This document shows, piece by piece, positions 42,710 to 52,274 of a stretch of 64,000 bases of DNA. How positions within the stretch are numbered: position 1 is the first letter of the stretch; each line of letters opens with the position of its first letter. This DNA is from Nitrospirota bacterium (GTDB lineage Bacteria > Nitrospirota > UBA9217): assembly GCA_963818475.1 (NCBI GenBank), contig CAWFSF010000005.1, positions 352,001 through 416,000 of the forward strand, written 5' to 3'. A model generated the notes under the pieces. The model worked only from the letters and a program-made list of their open reading frames with translations. It was not told where the DNA came from and did no database searches. A program made the translations under genes and the position numbers.

Positions 42710-43304
42710 ATGAGAAAAATAATCGTTTTATCAATGATTACATTAGATGGAGTAATGCAAGCACCTGGTGGACCTGAGGAAGATACATCAGGCGGTTTCA
42801 AATATGGCGGTTGGGTTGCACCTTATTTTGACGAAGTTTCTGGTAAGGTCATGGAAAAACAGATGAAACCTGCAGATCTTCTTTTGGGCAGAAAAACATT
42901 TGAGATTTTTGCCGACTACTGGCCAGAGCATGAAAATGATTGGCCAGGTATCAATGATGTCACAAAATACGTCATGTCCAAGACCATGAAAAAGTCAGAT
43001 TGGAAAAACTCAGTTTTCCTCAAAAGCCTGGCAGATATCAAAAAGCTCAAAAATTCAAAAGGTTCTGACATTCAAGTTCACGGCAGTGGTGAGCTCATTC
43101 AGCTGCTACTTAAGAATGATTTAGTGGACGAACTCTGGCTCAAAATTTTCCCGTTGACTCTTGGTAAAGGAAAAAAGTTGTTTGACAATGGCACGATTCC
43201 GGCAGCATTTACATTAATAGAGAGTTCTGGTTACACCAAGTGGAGTGATTATTGCCAATTACAAGCGAGCTGGAAAAGTCAAGACAGGTACTGTTGGAGC
43301 TTAA
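42710..43304 (+). CDS. dihydrofolate reductase family (RibD C-terminal) protein, frameshift near 43230
   Basis: ITLDGVMQAPGGPEED, LLLGRKTFE, GSGELIQ, LGKGKKLF; true C-terminus YKRAGKVKTGTVGA in another frame. Confidence 0.9.
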
Positions 43305-43325
43305 GGCGGCTAACCTGTTATAATC

Positions 43326-43393
43326 CCCCAGATAAGCTGATATCTTCACCAAGAAGCTTTGGGGACATTGTATACATGCGTTTCATCAGGTCT
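43326..43393. repeat. ~70 bp dispersed hairpin repeat, copy 1
   Basis: ccccagataagctgata.cttcaccaaga.gctttggggacat..tatacatgc..tttcatcaggtct shared with 52144-52214. Confidence 0.85.
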
Positions 43394-43511
43394 GCATTGT
43401 GCAACGGTAGCAATAACAGCAGAGGCTTCGTGGCTTATGCACCGATCGATCTTTTGGAATTCTCTCGGCTTCTCCCTTGTAACGTACTCCTCTTTATGAC
43501 ATAATCGGCCT

Positions 43512-44393
43512 GTGAATAAGGACCTTTCAGCGATCCGCAGGCTCGTCGGTGTGGTCACGAAGGAACAGCTTCGGTATGTAGACTGTTTTGTGTCCGAAGA
43601 AGTCGCGCTGTTCATGCCGATGGGAGGCCCCTGCTACTACGCGCTTACGCCCGAGCACTCCCATCCTGCCTACATGTTCGTGCTTAATTTTACAGACCGG
43701 ATGTCCGTCAAGATCGATGGGAAAACAATACCCGACAGGCCGGGCAAGGTCTTCGCCTTGTCGCCTGACATCCCGCACCAGGAGCTGCCCCTGGACTCGC
43801 CTCCGCGGTATATCTGCGCGATGATCGACAGGATGTTTTTCGAAAAACAGTACCGGAGCTGCGCAGCAAAGACGCCGGCAATCTATCGCGGCGCTTTCTT
43901 CGACGCCGGGGAAGGGCTTCCCCTTCTGCTCAAGCGGTTCATGACCGAGGCGGAAAGCGGAATACCCGGAGGGAAAGCCGTACTCGCGGCACTGGGCGTC
44001 GAGATATGCCATTCGCTCATCAGGACCATCATCAGGACACCTGCAATGAAAAGCCGTGTGGAAGAGCGCGTCGAGATCGGCCGCGCGATCGAGCATATCC
44101 ACTCGAACCTCGATGACAAGCTCATCGTCGAAGACATGGCTGCTGTCGCCCGCTTGTCAGCGTCGCACTTTGCCCGTGTCTTCAAAAAGGAAACGGGCAA
44201 GGCGCCCATGGAATATGTAAGCGAGCTCCGCCTGGAGCGCGCGAAAAAGATGCTCCTTGCCGGAGACCGGTCCATTACCGAGATCGCCGTTCTCTGCGGA
44301 TTCGGCACCCCGTCCTACCTCTCCGCCTGTTTCCAGAAGCAATACCGGATGACGCCGTCAGAGTACCGGCGGATGCCTGGGAAAGCCCGCTAA
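43512..44393 (+). CDS. AraC family transcriptional regulator
   Basis: Cupin-like N-terminus (HSHP); LSASHFARVFK..TG, ITEIA..CGF..PSY. Confidence 0.93.
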   Translation: MNKDLSAIRRLVGVVTKEQLRYVDCFVSEEVALFMPMGGPCYYALTPEHSHPAYMFVLNFTDRMSVKIDGKTIPDRPGKVFALSPDIPHQELPLDSPPRYICAMIDRMFFEKQYRSCAAKTPAIYRGAFFDAGEGLPLLLKRFMTEAESGIPGGKAVLAALGVEICHSLIRTIIRTPAMKSRVEERVEIGRAIEHIHSNLDDKLIVEDMAAVARLSASHFARVFKKETGKAPMEYVSELRLERAKKMLLAGDRSITEIAVLCGFGTPSYLSACFQKQYRMTPSEYRRMPGKAR

Positions 44394-44759
44394 CAGTCGA
44401 ATCTCTAAAAAAGAACATCGAATATTGAAAGCCGGATCTTCGGATTTGCCCTATCATGCTCATCAACAGGATACAGGGGCGAATTTTCAGTCACCATATT
44501 ATGTTCTGTTTCTGTCAATCACAAAAGATCACGTCTTTGCTGTGCTAATAATTCATTGCCGTCCTCCGTGCCTCTGTGTCTCCGTGGTGAAACTGCTTTT
44601 TTAAACTTTACTAATACAAACGCATTTAGATTCATTACCGCTTTCTCCCCTCTCCTTTATCCTCTCCCCAGCGGGGAGAGGGCTGGGTGAGGGGGATTCA
44701 TTCGGGATGTAACAATTATTAATTCGTTTGCATTATATGCTTAATACGAAAGGCGATCT

Positions 44760-45710
44760 ATGAGCGGGTCAAAAAATACGGGATATAAAACATATGCAGC
44801 AGCTCCATTCATGATGATAGTGCTCTATGTACTCGCGGCGGCTTTCTTCTGGCTTCTCTTCAAAGACAAGGCCACGGTCATCTTCTTTGTCATCCTGGCG
44901 GTTATCTTCATCTCGTCCATGAGCCTCTATGCCGTAGTACCGATCAAATTCAAGAACAAGGTTCGGATATCGACCATATTCCTGATCAGCCCGCTGCTCT
45001 TCGGATTGGCCTGCATAGTGGGACGACAGAACTTTCAAATTGAGGGGTTCTTTTTCTATCTCTTGACCGGAACCTTTGGCGGAGTGATGATCCATTTCAC
45101 CGTGGGCAAGATCTTCGGGCCTCTTTTGACGGGGCGGACCTGGTGCAGTTGGGGCTGCTGGACGCTTATGATACTGGATCTGCTGCCCTTTAAGAAGAGC
45201 GACGGCTGGAGGCAGGGAAACATCACCCTGTTGAAATACATCCACCTGGTCCTGTCCCTGGCATTGGTCGTAGTCATGGTCTTTATTTTCAAATACACGC
45301 TCCATGACCCGAATCAAGCGCCGGACCAACCCGGTCTTATGAAAGCGATGTACTGGTTTATCATTGGCAATGTCTTCTATTATGCATCCGCTATCGCAAT
45401 GGCAATTTCATTAAAAGACAATCGGGCATTCTGCAAATACCTCTGCCCGGTGTCCGTGCCGCTGAAGTTCGCCAACCTGTTCTCGATCCTCAGGATCAAA
45501 GGGAATAAGAAAAAATGCGCTCGCTGCAGCACCTGCGTGGGTCAATGTCCATTTAATATCGATATCCCCAGATACATCGAACTGGGGACCCGCATCAAGT
45601 CGTCGGAGTGTGTGATGTGTATGAGGTGCGTTGCGGTCTGTCCGGAAGGCGCGCTTTGTGCTTCTATGGGTTTTGATGTAGTGACCGAGGATTATTTGAA
45701 AAGGTGTTAA
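44760..45710 (+). CDS. membrane 4Fe-4S binding protein (NapH/MauN-like)
   Basis: GRTWCSWGC, RAFCKYLCP and two CxxCxxCxxxCP motifs. Confidence 0.9.
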   Translation: MSGSKNTGYKTYAAAPFMMIVLYVLAAAFFWLLFKDKATVIFFVILAVIFISSMSLYAVVPIKFKNKVRISTIFLISPLLFGLACIVGRQNFQIEGFFFYLLTGTFGGVMIHFTVGKIFGPLLTGRTWCSWGCWTLMILDLLPFKKSDGWRQGNITLLKYIHLVLSLALVVVMVFIFKYTLHDPNQAPDQPGLMKAMYWFIIGNVFYYASAIAMAISLKDNRAFCKYLCPVSVPLKFANLFSILRIKGNKKKCARCSTCVGQCPFNIDIPRYIELGTRIKSSECVMCMRCVAVCPEGALCASMGFDVVTEDYLKRC

Positions 45711-45865
45711 TGCGTTTAATCAAAAGCTTTGGGGAAAATTTAGTCGGAACAAAGATGGTGAGGAAGTAGCGTATAAACCGGTGGCGTGCTGATCTACGCA
45801 ACCTGCACCACCGAGCCGGAGGAGAATGAGCACGTGATCGCCAATGACGGCGGTGAACCATTAAT

Positions 45866-47262
45866 TGTCAAATGTCAGGACATCGGTTACCCGATTCTAA
45901 TGGTCCCATATATCAAGACATCGGTTACCCGAGTCTGATAGTTTGCTCAACTGGTAGTAAATCGTCCGGCATTAGGTACTCAAAAGTATCGACGATGTCA
46001 TTTCCTAGATAGAGCTGCACAGCATGTAGATTCGTTACAATCTGTGCCCTGACATAAGAGTATATGAGGTCTCTTGATACCTCGAAACGTTCTCCAAAGA
46101 TATCAAGCTGCCGATTGCTCCGGATGAACCGTACGAGAGATACATTTCCATCCGGGATGAAGCTAAGATCCGGCATCTTGCTATTCGACCTCACGGTTAT
46201 TGGCGCAAAGCCGTGGGCCAGTTTCATTTCATGAGCCGTTTTCCCTTTGAGGCAGCTGTATCGGTGATGCTTGTTGTGAAACCGTTGAAAATTCTTGTTC
46301 TGCTGTTTCAGCACAGCATAGCTTGAGAACCATTGCCGACGAAAGAACCGTTTGTCGTAGGTGTCATTGAAACGTTCCACAACGCCGTTACGCCATGGTT
46401 CTCCGATCGGGATGAATACCGGATGGACACCGTAACTCAGACAAAGCCGTATGACCATCCCCATGGACCTGGGATGCCGGTTGCTGCCCCGGAAGTTCAG
46501 CGCGTTGTCCATCTGCAGGTAATCAGGGATGCCCACGGTCTTCCAACAGCGCAAAAGGCCTTGGCAGACGTGGGAATCCTGTTTCGTTCTTTGAGCCTCG
46601 GTGTAGACTTCATGGCTGAACAGATCAATGACATTCAGCGCATAGAATCTGCCGTCATCTTTAATGTAGCGCGGCCCCACCAGGTCCATCTGGTGGATGT
46701 TGTTGCATCCCAAGGCTTCGGTGAAGTACGGGTATTCGACCCCTTTGGGCGCATAAGCTGTTTTTTTTAACGAGCCCTTCGCGTTTCAACACCCGGTTTA
46801 TCGTGCTGTCCGAGGGAAACGGCAACCCTTGCTTCTTAAGCTCCCATTTTATGGAGGAAACTCCAATTTGGGCATAAGGGGCATCCACCAAGTTTTGTCT
46901 GGTCGAAAGAATACGCTCTTTCGACTTCTCGTCGATTTCTGAGGGCTTTGTTTTGGGAGCGCGAGATTGCTCTTTGTACCAGTCGGGTCCGCCGGTTCGA
47001 TATCGTATCAGCCATTTGAAGAACCACTTTTTGGATCGGTTCAGGCTGGTATAAACATCCTTTGGCGATTCGCCTCCCTGGATGTGTCGGCTAATAGCTG
47101 CCTGTCTGAGTTCTTCTTCCATAGAGGCTCTCCTTCTTGATTCAGATTAGGAGAGCATGATAGCATCAAACAGCATTAAGGAAACTGACATCCTAATTTA
47201 AATGGATTTCGGGTAACCGATGTCTTGACATATCCGGGTAACCGATGTCCTGAAACTTGTCA
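45866..47262 (-). mobile_element. insertion sequence, IS481-like (HTH + rve DDE transposase, CDS 45925-47122 split at an A8 run)
   Basis: TG...CA ends; two GACATCGGTTACCCG motifs at each end in inverted orientation; ATTAAT duplicated at 45860-45865 and 47263-47268; HQMD, QMDN, NGVVERFN. Confidence 0.92.
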
Positions 47263-47293
47263 ATTAATAACTAAGTTTACAATGTACCAGATA

Positions 47294-48064
47294 CTAATCG
47301 GGGAATGCAATACCGGACAAGCGACCGCATGCTGCAAGATACTTTTCCTGGACAGCCGGGTCCGCGGCAGCCGGGTGAAAGCTCCGGGGTTGTTGATGAG
47401 AGAAATATCTTCCCGAGACCAAGGCTTCCTTGTCCCGGCTCACTGCGAGCCAGACCTGCGTCCTCGATCCCTCCTCGATGCTGTGCGGCGCTCCCGGTCC
47501 TCCCATCTTCGTGGCCACCCAGCCGGGATCCACTGCATTGGACAATACATCGGGCCATTTCCGGGCAGCGGCAAAAGCAAGGATGACGTTGTGCAGCTTC
47601 GATTCGGCGTAGGCGCTCGACTCCTGCCATGGCCGGCTGCTCCAGGTCAGGTCGTTCAACGTGGCATCGCCGCTTCGATGCAGGCCCGAGCTCGTGTAGA
47701 TCAGGCGTTTCGGCCTCCTGATCAGGCAGGTCAGGATATAGGAGGCCAGGGAGTTCACGGCAAAGATCTGCGGCAGGCCATCAACGGTCCGGTTGCCATG
47801 AGGATCGCGATAGATGCCGGCATTATGGATCACGGCATCGATCGGTCCCAGCTCGTTCACCTGGTCCGCAAGGGACTTCGTCTCCGCGATGCTCGCAAGA
47901 TCGCCGATAACGGCGGTCAACGCGCCCGTGACTTTGGAAAGCGCCGCGTTCGCCCGCTGTCGGCTCCGGCCATGCAGCACGACCTGGTGGCCCTGTGCGA
48001 CCAGCAGCTGAGCTTCCATGAGGCCGATACCGTCAGCAGAGCCTGTGATGAATATTCTTGCCAT
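47294..48064 (-). CDS. short-chain dehydrogenase/reductase
   Basis: ITGSADGIG, HNAG, YAESK, VDPGWVATKM. Confidence 0.93.
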   Translation of the reverse strand: MARIFITGSADGIGLMEAQLLVAQGHQVVLHGRSRQRANAALSKVTGALTAVIGDLASIAETKSLADQVNELGPIDAVIHNAGIYRDPHGNRTVDGLPQIFAVNSLASYILTCLIRRPKRLIYTSSGLHRSGDATLNDLTWSSRPWQESSAYAESKLHNVILAFAAARKWPDVLSNAVDPGWVATKMGGPGAPHSIEEGSRTQVWLAVSRDKEALVSGRYFSHQQPRSFHPAAADPAVQEKYLAACGRLSGIAFPD

Positions 48065-48225
48065 CGAGTTTTCTTCGAGATTCCCCCGCCGTCTTCATAT
48101 AGCGCAGGCAAAAGACCGGAGCATCTTCGGGACAATCGCCGCGACAGCCACGGTCCGGGGCACGTGCAACGCCGGATCGCGGTGCAACGAGTCAGGCAAG
48201 CTTTCGCTTTGATCGAGCTTTTGGC

Positions 48226-48672
48226 TTAGCCTTCGCCTTGGATTTGAGCTTGGCTGCTTTTTCGTTTCTTCGGCGCATGCCAATTAAAGGGGATGGGCTG
48301 AAGCATACTCACGCGGTTGCCCTCCGGGTCGATGAACGACACATATTGACCGACGTTCGGGATTTCCATGGGTTCGCCCAGCACATTCCCCCCCGCGGCT
48401 TGCACTTTCTTGATCGATTTCTTGATATCATCAACTGCGATAACGATGGACGGATATTGCGCGGGCCAATCGGGTTTTCTCGGGTAAAAACCGCCGTTGA
48501 TCCTTCCTGGTTTTTTGGGGCCTTTCTCGCCGGTTTCCGTGGTGGCTGCAGTAACATAATTACCCATCTCCTCGCCAAGCATCCGCGTCTGCCAGCCAAA
48601 AGCAGATTTATAGAACTTCGCCATACGCACCCGATCGTCGAATGGCATCTCAAAGTGTACAACGGGATCCAT
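48226..48672 (-). CDS. VOC/glyoxalase family protein
   Basis: VVHFEMP, FY..AFGW, INGG, VDDI, F.DPEGN. Confidence 0.9.
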   Translation of the reverse strand: MDPVVHFEMPFDDRVRMAKFYKSAFGWQTRMLGEEMGNYVTAATTETGEKGPKKPGRINGGFYPRKPDWPAQYPSIVIAVDDIKKSIKKVQAAGGNVLGEPMEIPNVGQYVSFIDPEGNRVSMLQPIPFNWHAPKKRKSSQAQIQGEG

Positions 48673-48728
48673 ACTGTATCCTCCTTGACTATGATGACGG
48701 TGCCTTTAAATGGGTGACCCTATGAGGT

Positions 48729-48899
48729 TCATAATTTGAGGTAGTCGAGCAATCTATACATTATGATTGCAGGCCAAACTATTGCCTTGAGAAAGCCCAA
48801 CACCCCTCCCCAGAAAGAAGTTGAATGCTGAATGAAATATACTGCCGCGCCGACGAATGCCAGACCGTAAATACCTCCACATGATTTTTCGTCTTTCAT
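48729..48899 (-). CDS. 56-aa membrane protein (not in ORF track)
   Basis: MKDEKSCGGIYGLAFVGAAVYFIQHSTSFWGGVLGFLKAIVWPAIIMYRLLDYLKL with RBS aaggag. Confidence 0.75.
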   Translation of the reverse strand: MKDEKSCGGIYGLAFVGAAVYFIQHSTSFWGGVLGFLKAIVWPAIIMYRLLDYLKL

Positions 48900-48970
48900 A
48901 TGTTCTCCTTAACTATAGTATAGTGAAAGTCGTGCCTGAAGAGGTTTCGTGCGTGGAACAGGGATGAATC

Positions 48971-49402
48971 TCAGTATGTTTTCCCCGGCTCAGGCGGACA
49001 AAAATTCACGTTATCGTAATAAGGATAGATGTGGAAGTTAGGGGCGGGCTTCTCGTTTATCTCATAACCATGCTTCCGGAAGGCCGATTTCAGTGCACCC
49101 TGCTGTTCACTGCCGAGTGAGGTGTATAGGCGGTCCAGTTTTTCCTGAGAACGATACGTGCATTGGGCTTCAAGCAACCCGGTGCGCACGTCTGCGGGCA
49201 GCGCTGCATCGGTCAAAACCGCCTCAAGGTCCCCTGACGTGCACAACATTCTATAAAGGGTTTGATCCTGACTGCCGAAAAAATAGGTATTGCAGTCCTT
49301 TGAGACGAGAAACGTCTTTGCGCAGCCGGTGAAGAGCAATGATGCCGATATCATTACCAGCAGCTTCCGGAGTGAAGTCATATGAAGAGCGGTATTCGTC
49401 AT
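48971..49402 (-). CDS. lipoprotein, hypothetical
   Basis: Lipobox FTGC; several Cys; start uncertain. Confidence 0.7.
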   Translation of the reverse strand: MTNTALHMTSLRKLLVMISASLLFTGCAKTFLVSKDCNTYFFGSQDQTLYRMLCTSGDLEAVLTDAALPADVRTGLLEAQCTYRSQEKLDRLYTSLGSEQQGALKSAFRKHGYEINEKPAPNFHIYPYYDNVNFCPPEPGKTY

Positions 49403-49453
49403 AGATTGTTTAGGTTTGCCACGGTCTGCGTGAAACATCAATACCTACCGTCC

Positions 49454-49777
49454 TTATGAATCGACGAGACGGAAGCCGGCGTTCTTCCATCCTTCGACAC
49501 CGCCGCCCAGGACCTTGGCATTCGGAAATCCCTGCGCCAGATATTCCGCTGCCCGACCGGCAGCGCTCGCTTCTTTCTGTCAGGCTCAGTAGAAGATGAT
49601 TTCCTGGTCTCGGGACAGGGAGGGCAACCGCGCCTTGAAGTCCTGCAGCGAGATCGCGGCCTCAAGGTGCGTTTTCCCGAACTTTTCCACGTCCTCGTAC
49701 GCGCATACCAGAAGGGCCTCTCCGGACGTCACCTTCTTGCGCGCCTCTTCTGCCGATATTCTTATTGGCTCGGTCAT
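49454..49777 (-). CDS. rhodanese-like protein, candidate selenoprotein with two in-frame TGA
   Basis: IIFY-TGA-A-TGA-QKEASAAGRAAEYLAQGFPNAKVLGGGVEGWKNAG completes the rhodanese fold; hairpin at 49547-49565. Confidence 0.8.
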
Positions 49778-49968
49778 GGCGGGCCTCCCATCGGTGGATA
49801 GGCTGTGAATGAATAAAGGATAGCATAGACCAGAGGGAGATGCATGGGGAGTGATCTCAAAAGCGGCGGGAGGGCATGAAATGAAGAATCGGCAGGATAA
49901 CCTGTTTTCCCTGTTAGAACTTGTTCTTCTTTTAGAAGAATCTTCAATTTCCGCTTTGTTCTTTTCAT

Positions 49969-50022
49969 AAAAAAGGCCGGCAGAGATAATTTCTCCGCCG
50001 ACCTCGCTGTTTCAGTTCCTCG
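49969..50022. repeat. degenerate direct copy of the groEL terminator region
   Basis: ccggcagagata.t.tctc.gccg.cct..tgtttcagttcctcg matches 57818-57870. Confidence 0.8.
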
Positions 50023-50129
50023 CCTGCACCCAGCGATACGAGTGCTCGCCGCGAGTGCAGGTGTGAAAGAAAACTTTTTATTCTTGATAAAGGAATCTAA
50101 AGACTTCGCCATCGTCCGCGGGCAGCTAT

Positions 50130-50312
50130 TTATCGTCCTGAGATTTTCTTCCACCTCTCCAGTTTCCGCGAAGGAACGAAATCGTTGACAAATTGATTCG
50201 CCTCTTCGAGCCAGTTCAGCTTTGCCTCGGGTGACGCGTCTTGGAAGTGTTTCAGCGCCTCTGGCGATGGACGGAAAACAAAAGGTTTTTTTCGCGGGTC
50301 CCGGCTGATCAT
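50130..50312 (-). CDS. small hypothetical partner of the nucleotidyltransferase
   Basis: ATGA overlap with upstream gene; SPEAKLNWLEEAN. Confidence 0.7.
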   Translation of the reverse strand: MISRDPRKKPFVFRPSPEALKHFQDASPEAKLNWLEEANQFVNDFVPSRKLERWKKISGR

Positions 50313-50806
50313 TTCGTTTCCTCCGCCTGCTCCAGCGACTCGATTGCCTCGATATCCGCGATGTCCTGCGGTCTGTTTGCCGCTTTTTTGAGTCTCTTCA
50401 AATGCGCCAGCGAAACAACGGGTATGGAGATTCCTTTCGCCGTAACGCGCACAAGCTCATTCATGATCTCTCCGAAGGGGATCTTTTCCTCGATAAATAC
50501 ATCGATCAAGGTCATCGGCTGCCCCGGGTCAACGAACGAGAACACCTCCATGCCCTTATCCCGCTTCCATTGGATCCGTGCGGCCGGATCGAGCAAATCC
50601 ACGGCTTTCACGGGATTTCGCGGGACGTAGCCCAGTTCACCCATGGCTTGAACAAAGCGTTCCAGGTTGTCCGGCTCCAGATCAACGATCAGATCAAGGT
50701 CGGCAGTGAACCTGACCACGCCATGAAGCACCAGCGCGACGCCGCCTGCGACGGCGTACCGTATGCTGTTTTTCTGAAGCACGCTGAAAACATTTTCATA
50801 ATACAT
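50309..50806 (-). CDS. minimal nucleotidyltransferase-fold protein
   Basis: VAGGVALVLHG..RFTADLDL; LKKAANRPQDIADI. Confidence 0.85.
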   Translation of the reverse strand: MYYENVFSVLQKNSIRYAVAGGVALVLHGVVRFTADLDLIVDLEPDNLERFVQAMGELGYVPRNPVKAVDLLDPAARIQWKRDKGMEVFSFVDPGQPMTLIDVFIEEKIPFGEIMNELVRVTAKGISIPVVSLAHLKRLKKAANRPQDIADIEAIESLEQAEETK

Positions 50807-51062
50807 TCGGGAGCCCTGTTCTGAGATTGCCTTGCCACATGCCGAAAATAAAACGTCTCAACTTACTGAAAACTTTACTACATATATCCACAAAGGGCAA
50901 GCGAAGAATCGTTCGTGCCTATCGCACAGGCTTTTATCAACTCAAGCAACAGCCCCACAACGGGGACTTTTATGTCTAAAAACGGCAGTTACTCGCGCAA
51001 AAAGCCGCAAAGTACGCTAAGAAAAGTTGGGACTTGAACCCTTTGAGTGAACCCTTTTAGGG

Positions 51063-51932
51063 TCAAGTCGCTTTTGTTGCATTCTCATATTCACGCAACC
51101 ACCGGCTTATCGTCGAACGGTGGACTGCGAGGTGTCGTGCAAGCTGACTTTGATGATAGCCGTACTTCTCTACCGCTTCTATCAGTTTCTTCTTCAGCTT
51201 TCGCTGATCGGCGTTTATCGATTCTGGCAACAGCTTTGACAATGCGGGCCGCGTTGAGTATCGCTGGCTCCGAGGAATCTCGGGGATATCCTGGTGTTTC
51301 CTGAGATGATCCACCAACGTCTCGACAAAGTCATCCTCGCCCAGGAGCGCCTGCCCCCTCACCGCAGTCCAGATCGTTTCTTCCCCGATCCCCCATCTGA
51401 TGAATTGCCGGTACTCGCTTTCCGCTTTTCCACGCTTTCCACTGAACTGCCCGAGCACCCAATCCGTAGTCAGGCAAGGGTGGGACTTCGCTTGGCCCGC
51501 TGTGGCCAGATAACTGGACCACTTCCAGGACTCCGGTCCTTCAACCATCCTGGCTCGCACTGGATTCAGGACAACATAGCGGCATACTTCCAGAAGATGG
51601 CTGTCTTTCTGGATCAGTATCGCCTTGTAGCGACCTTGAAACAAGTGTCCGTTCCTGCCGTGATATTTGTTGAAGAGCTGCGTGTAGACACCGTTGAGCT
51701 GCCGCATGCCAAGGGACAGATTGCCTTCGGGAGTCTCGATGAGAAGATGGTAATGGTTGGTCATGAGGCAATAGGCGTGACAGTTCCAATTGTACCGTTT
51801 ATTGACGTGCTGGAGAGTATTCAAAAAAACTTCCCGGTCATGATCATCCTTAAAGACAGGCTTCTTCTCATTCCCGCGGGAAGTGACATGGTAGACTGCA
51901 CCTGCGTATTCTATGCGGAGAGGGCGTGACAT
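51063..51932 (-). CDS. Y1 HUH transposase (RAYT/IS200-like) with C-terminal HTH
   Basis: YHVTSRGN, AYCLMTNHYHLL, GHLFQGRY, YVVLNPVRA, WKWSSY; inverted repeats at 51051-51081 and 51963-51992. Confidence 0.92.
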   Translation of the reverse strand: MSRPLRIEYAGAVYHVTSRGNEKKPVFKDDHDREVFLNTLQHVNKRYNWNCHAYCLMTNHYHLLIETPEGNLSLGMRQLNGVYTQLFNKYHGRNGHLFQGRYKAILIQKDSHLLEVCRYVVLNPVRARMVEGPESWKWSSYLATAGQAKSHPCLTTDWVLGQFSGKRGKAESEYRQFIRWGIGEETIWTAVRGQALLGEDDFVETLVDHLRKHQDIPEIPRSQRYSTRPALSKLLPESINADQRKLKKKLIEAVEKYGYHQSQLARHLAVHRSTISRWLREYENATKAT

Positions 51933-52143
51933 GGGGTGAGCTTAGCAGAAAAAAGGACGTATTGCAACAAAAGAGACCTGACCCTAAAGGGTCCCTGGAA
52001 CCTTAGTGTCCACGTCCCCTATGTATCCTAAAAGTCCGGAGAATCATTTCCAGCCTTTTCTTTTTGTTCTCTTTGTCGGCTGCGACTGCCTCTCGCTATG
52101 AATCAGAACAAAAGCATACATAGAAACAACGTCCCCAAGTCTG

Positions 52144-52214
52144 CCCCAGATAAGCTGATAACTTCACCAAGACGCTTTGGGGACATCCTATACATGCTTT
52201 CTTTCATCAGGTCT
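52144..52214. repeat. ~70 bp dispersed hairpin repeat, copy 2
   Basis: Matches 43326-43393. Confidence 0.85.
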
Positions 52215-52274
52215 AGCAAAGCAACCATAGAAACAATTTCCCTATCGTGCCCTACTGTCTCCCTTGGTTGTATT

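Noticed and set aside
43370-43395. CTGATGA on the minus strand (also near 52205, and TGATGA near 38581) as a hammerhead ribozyme core
   Set aside because: No stem II followed by GAAA and no cleavage-site helix could be built
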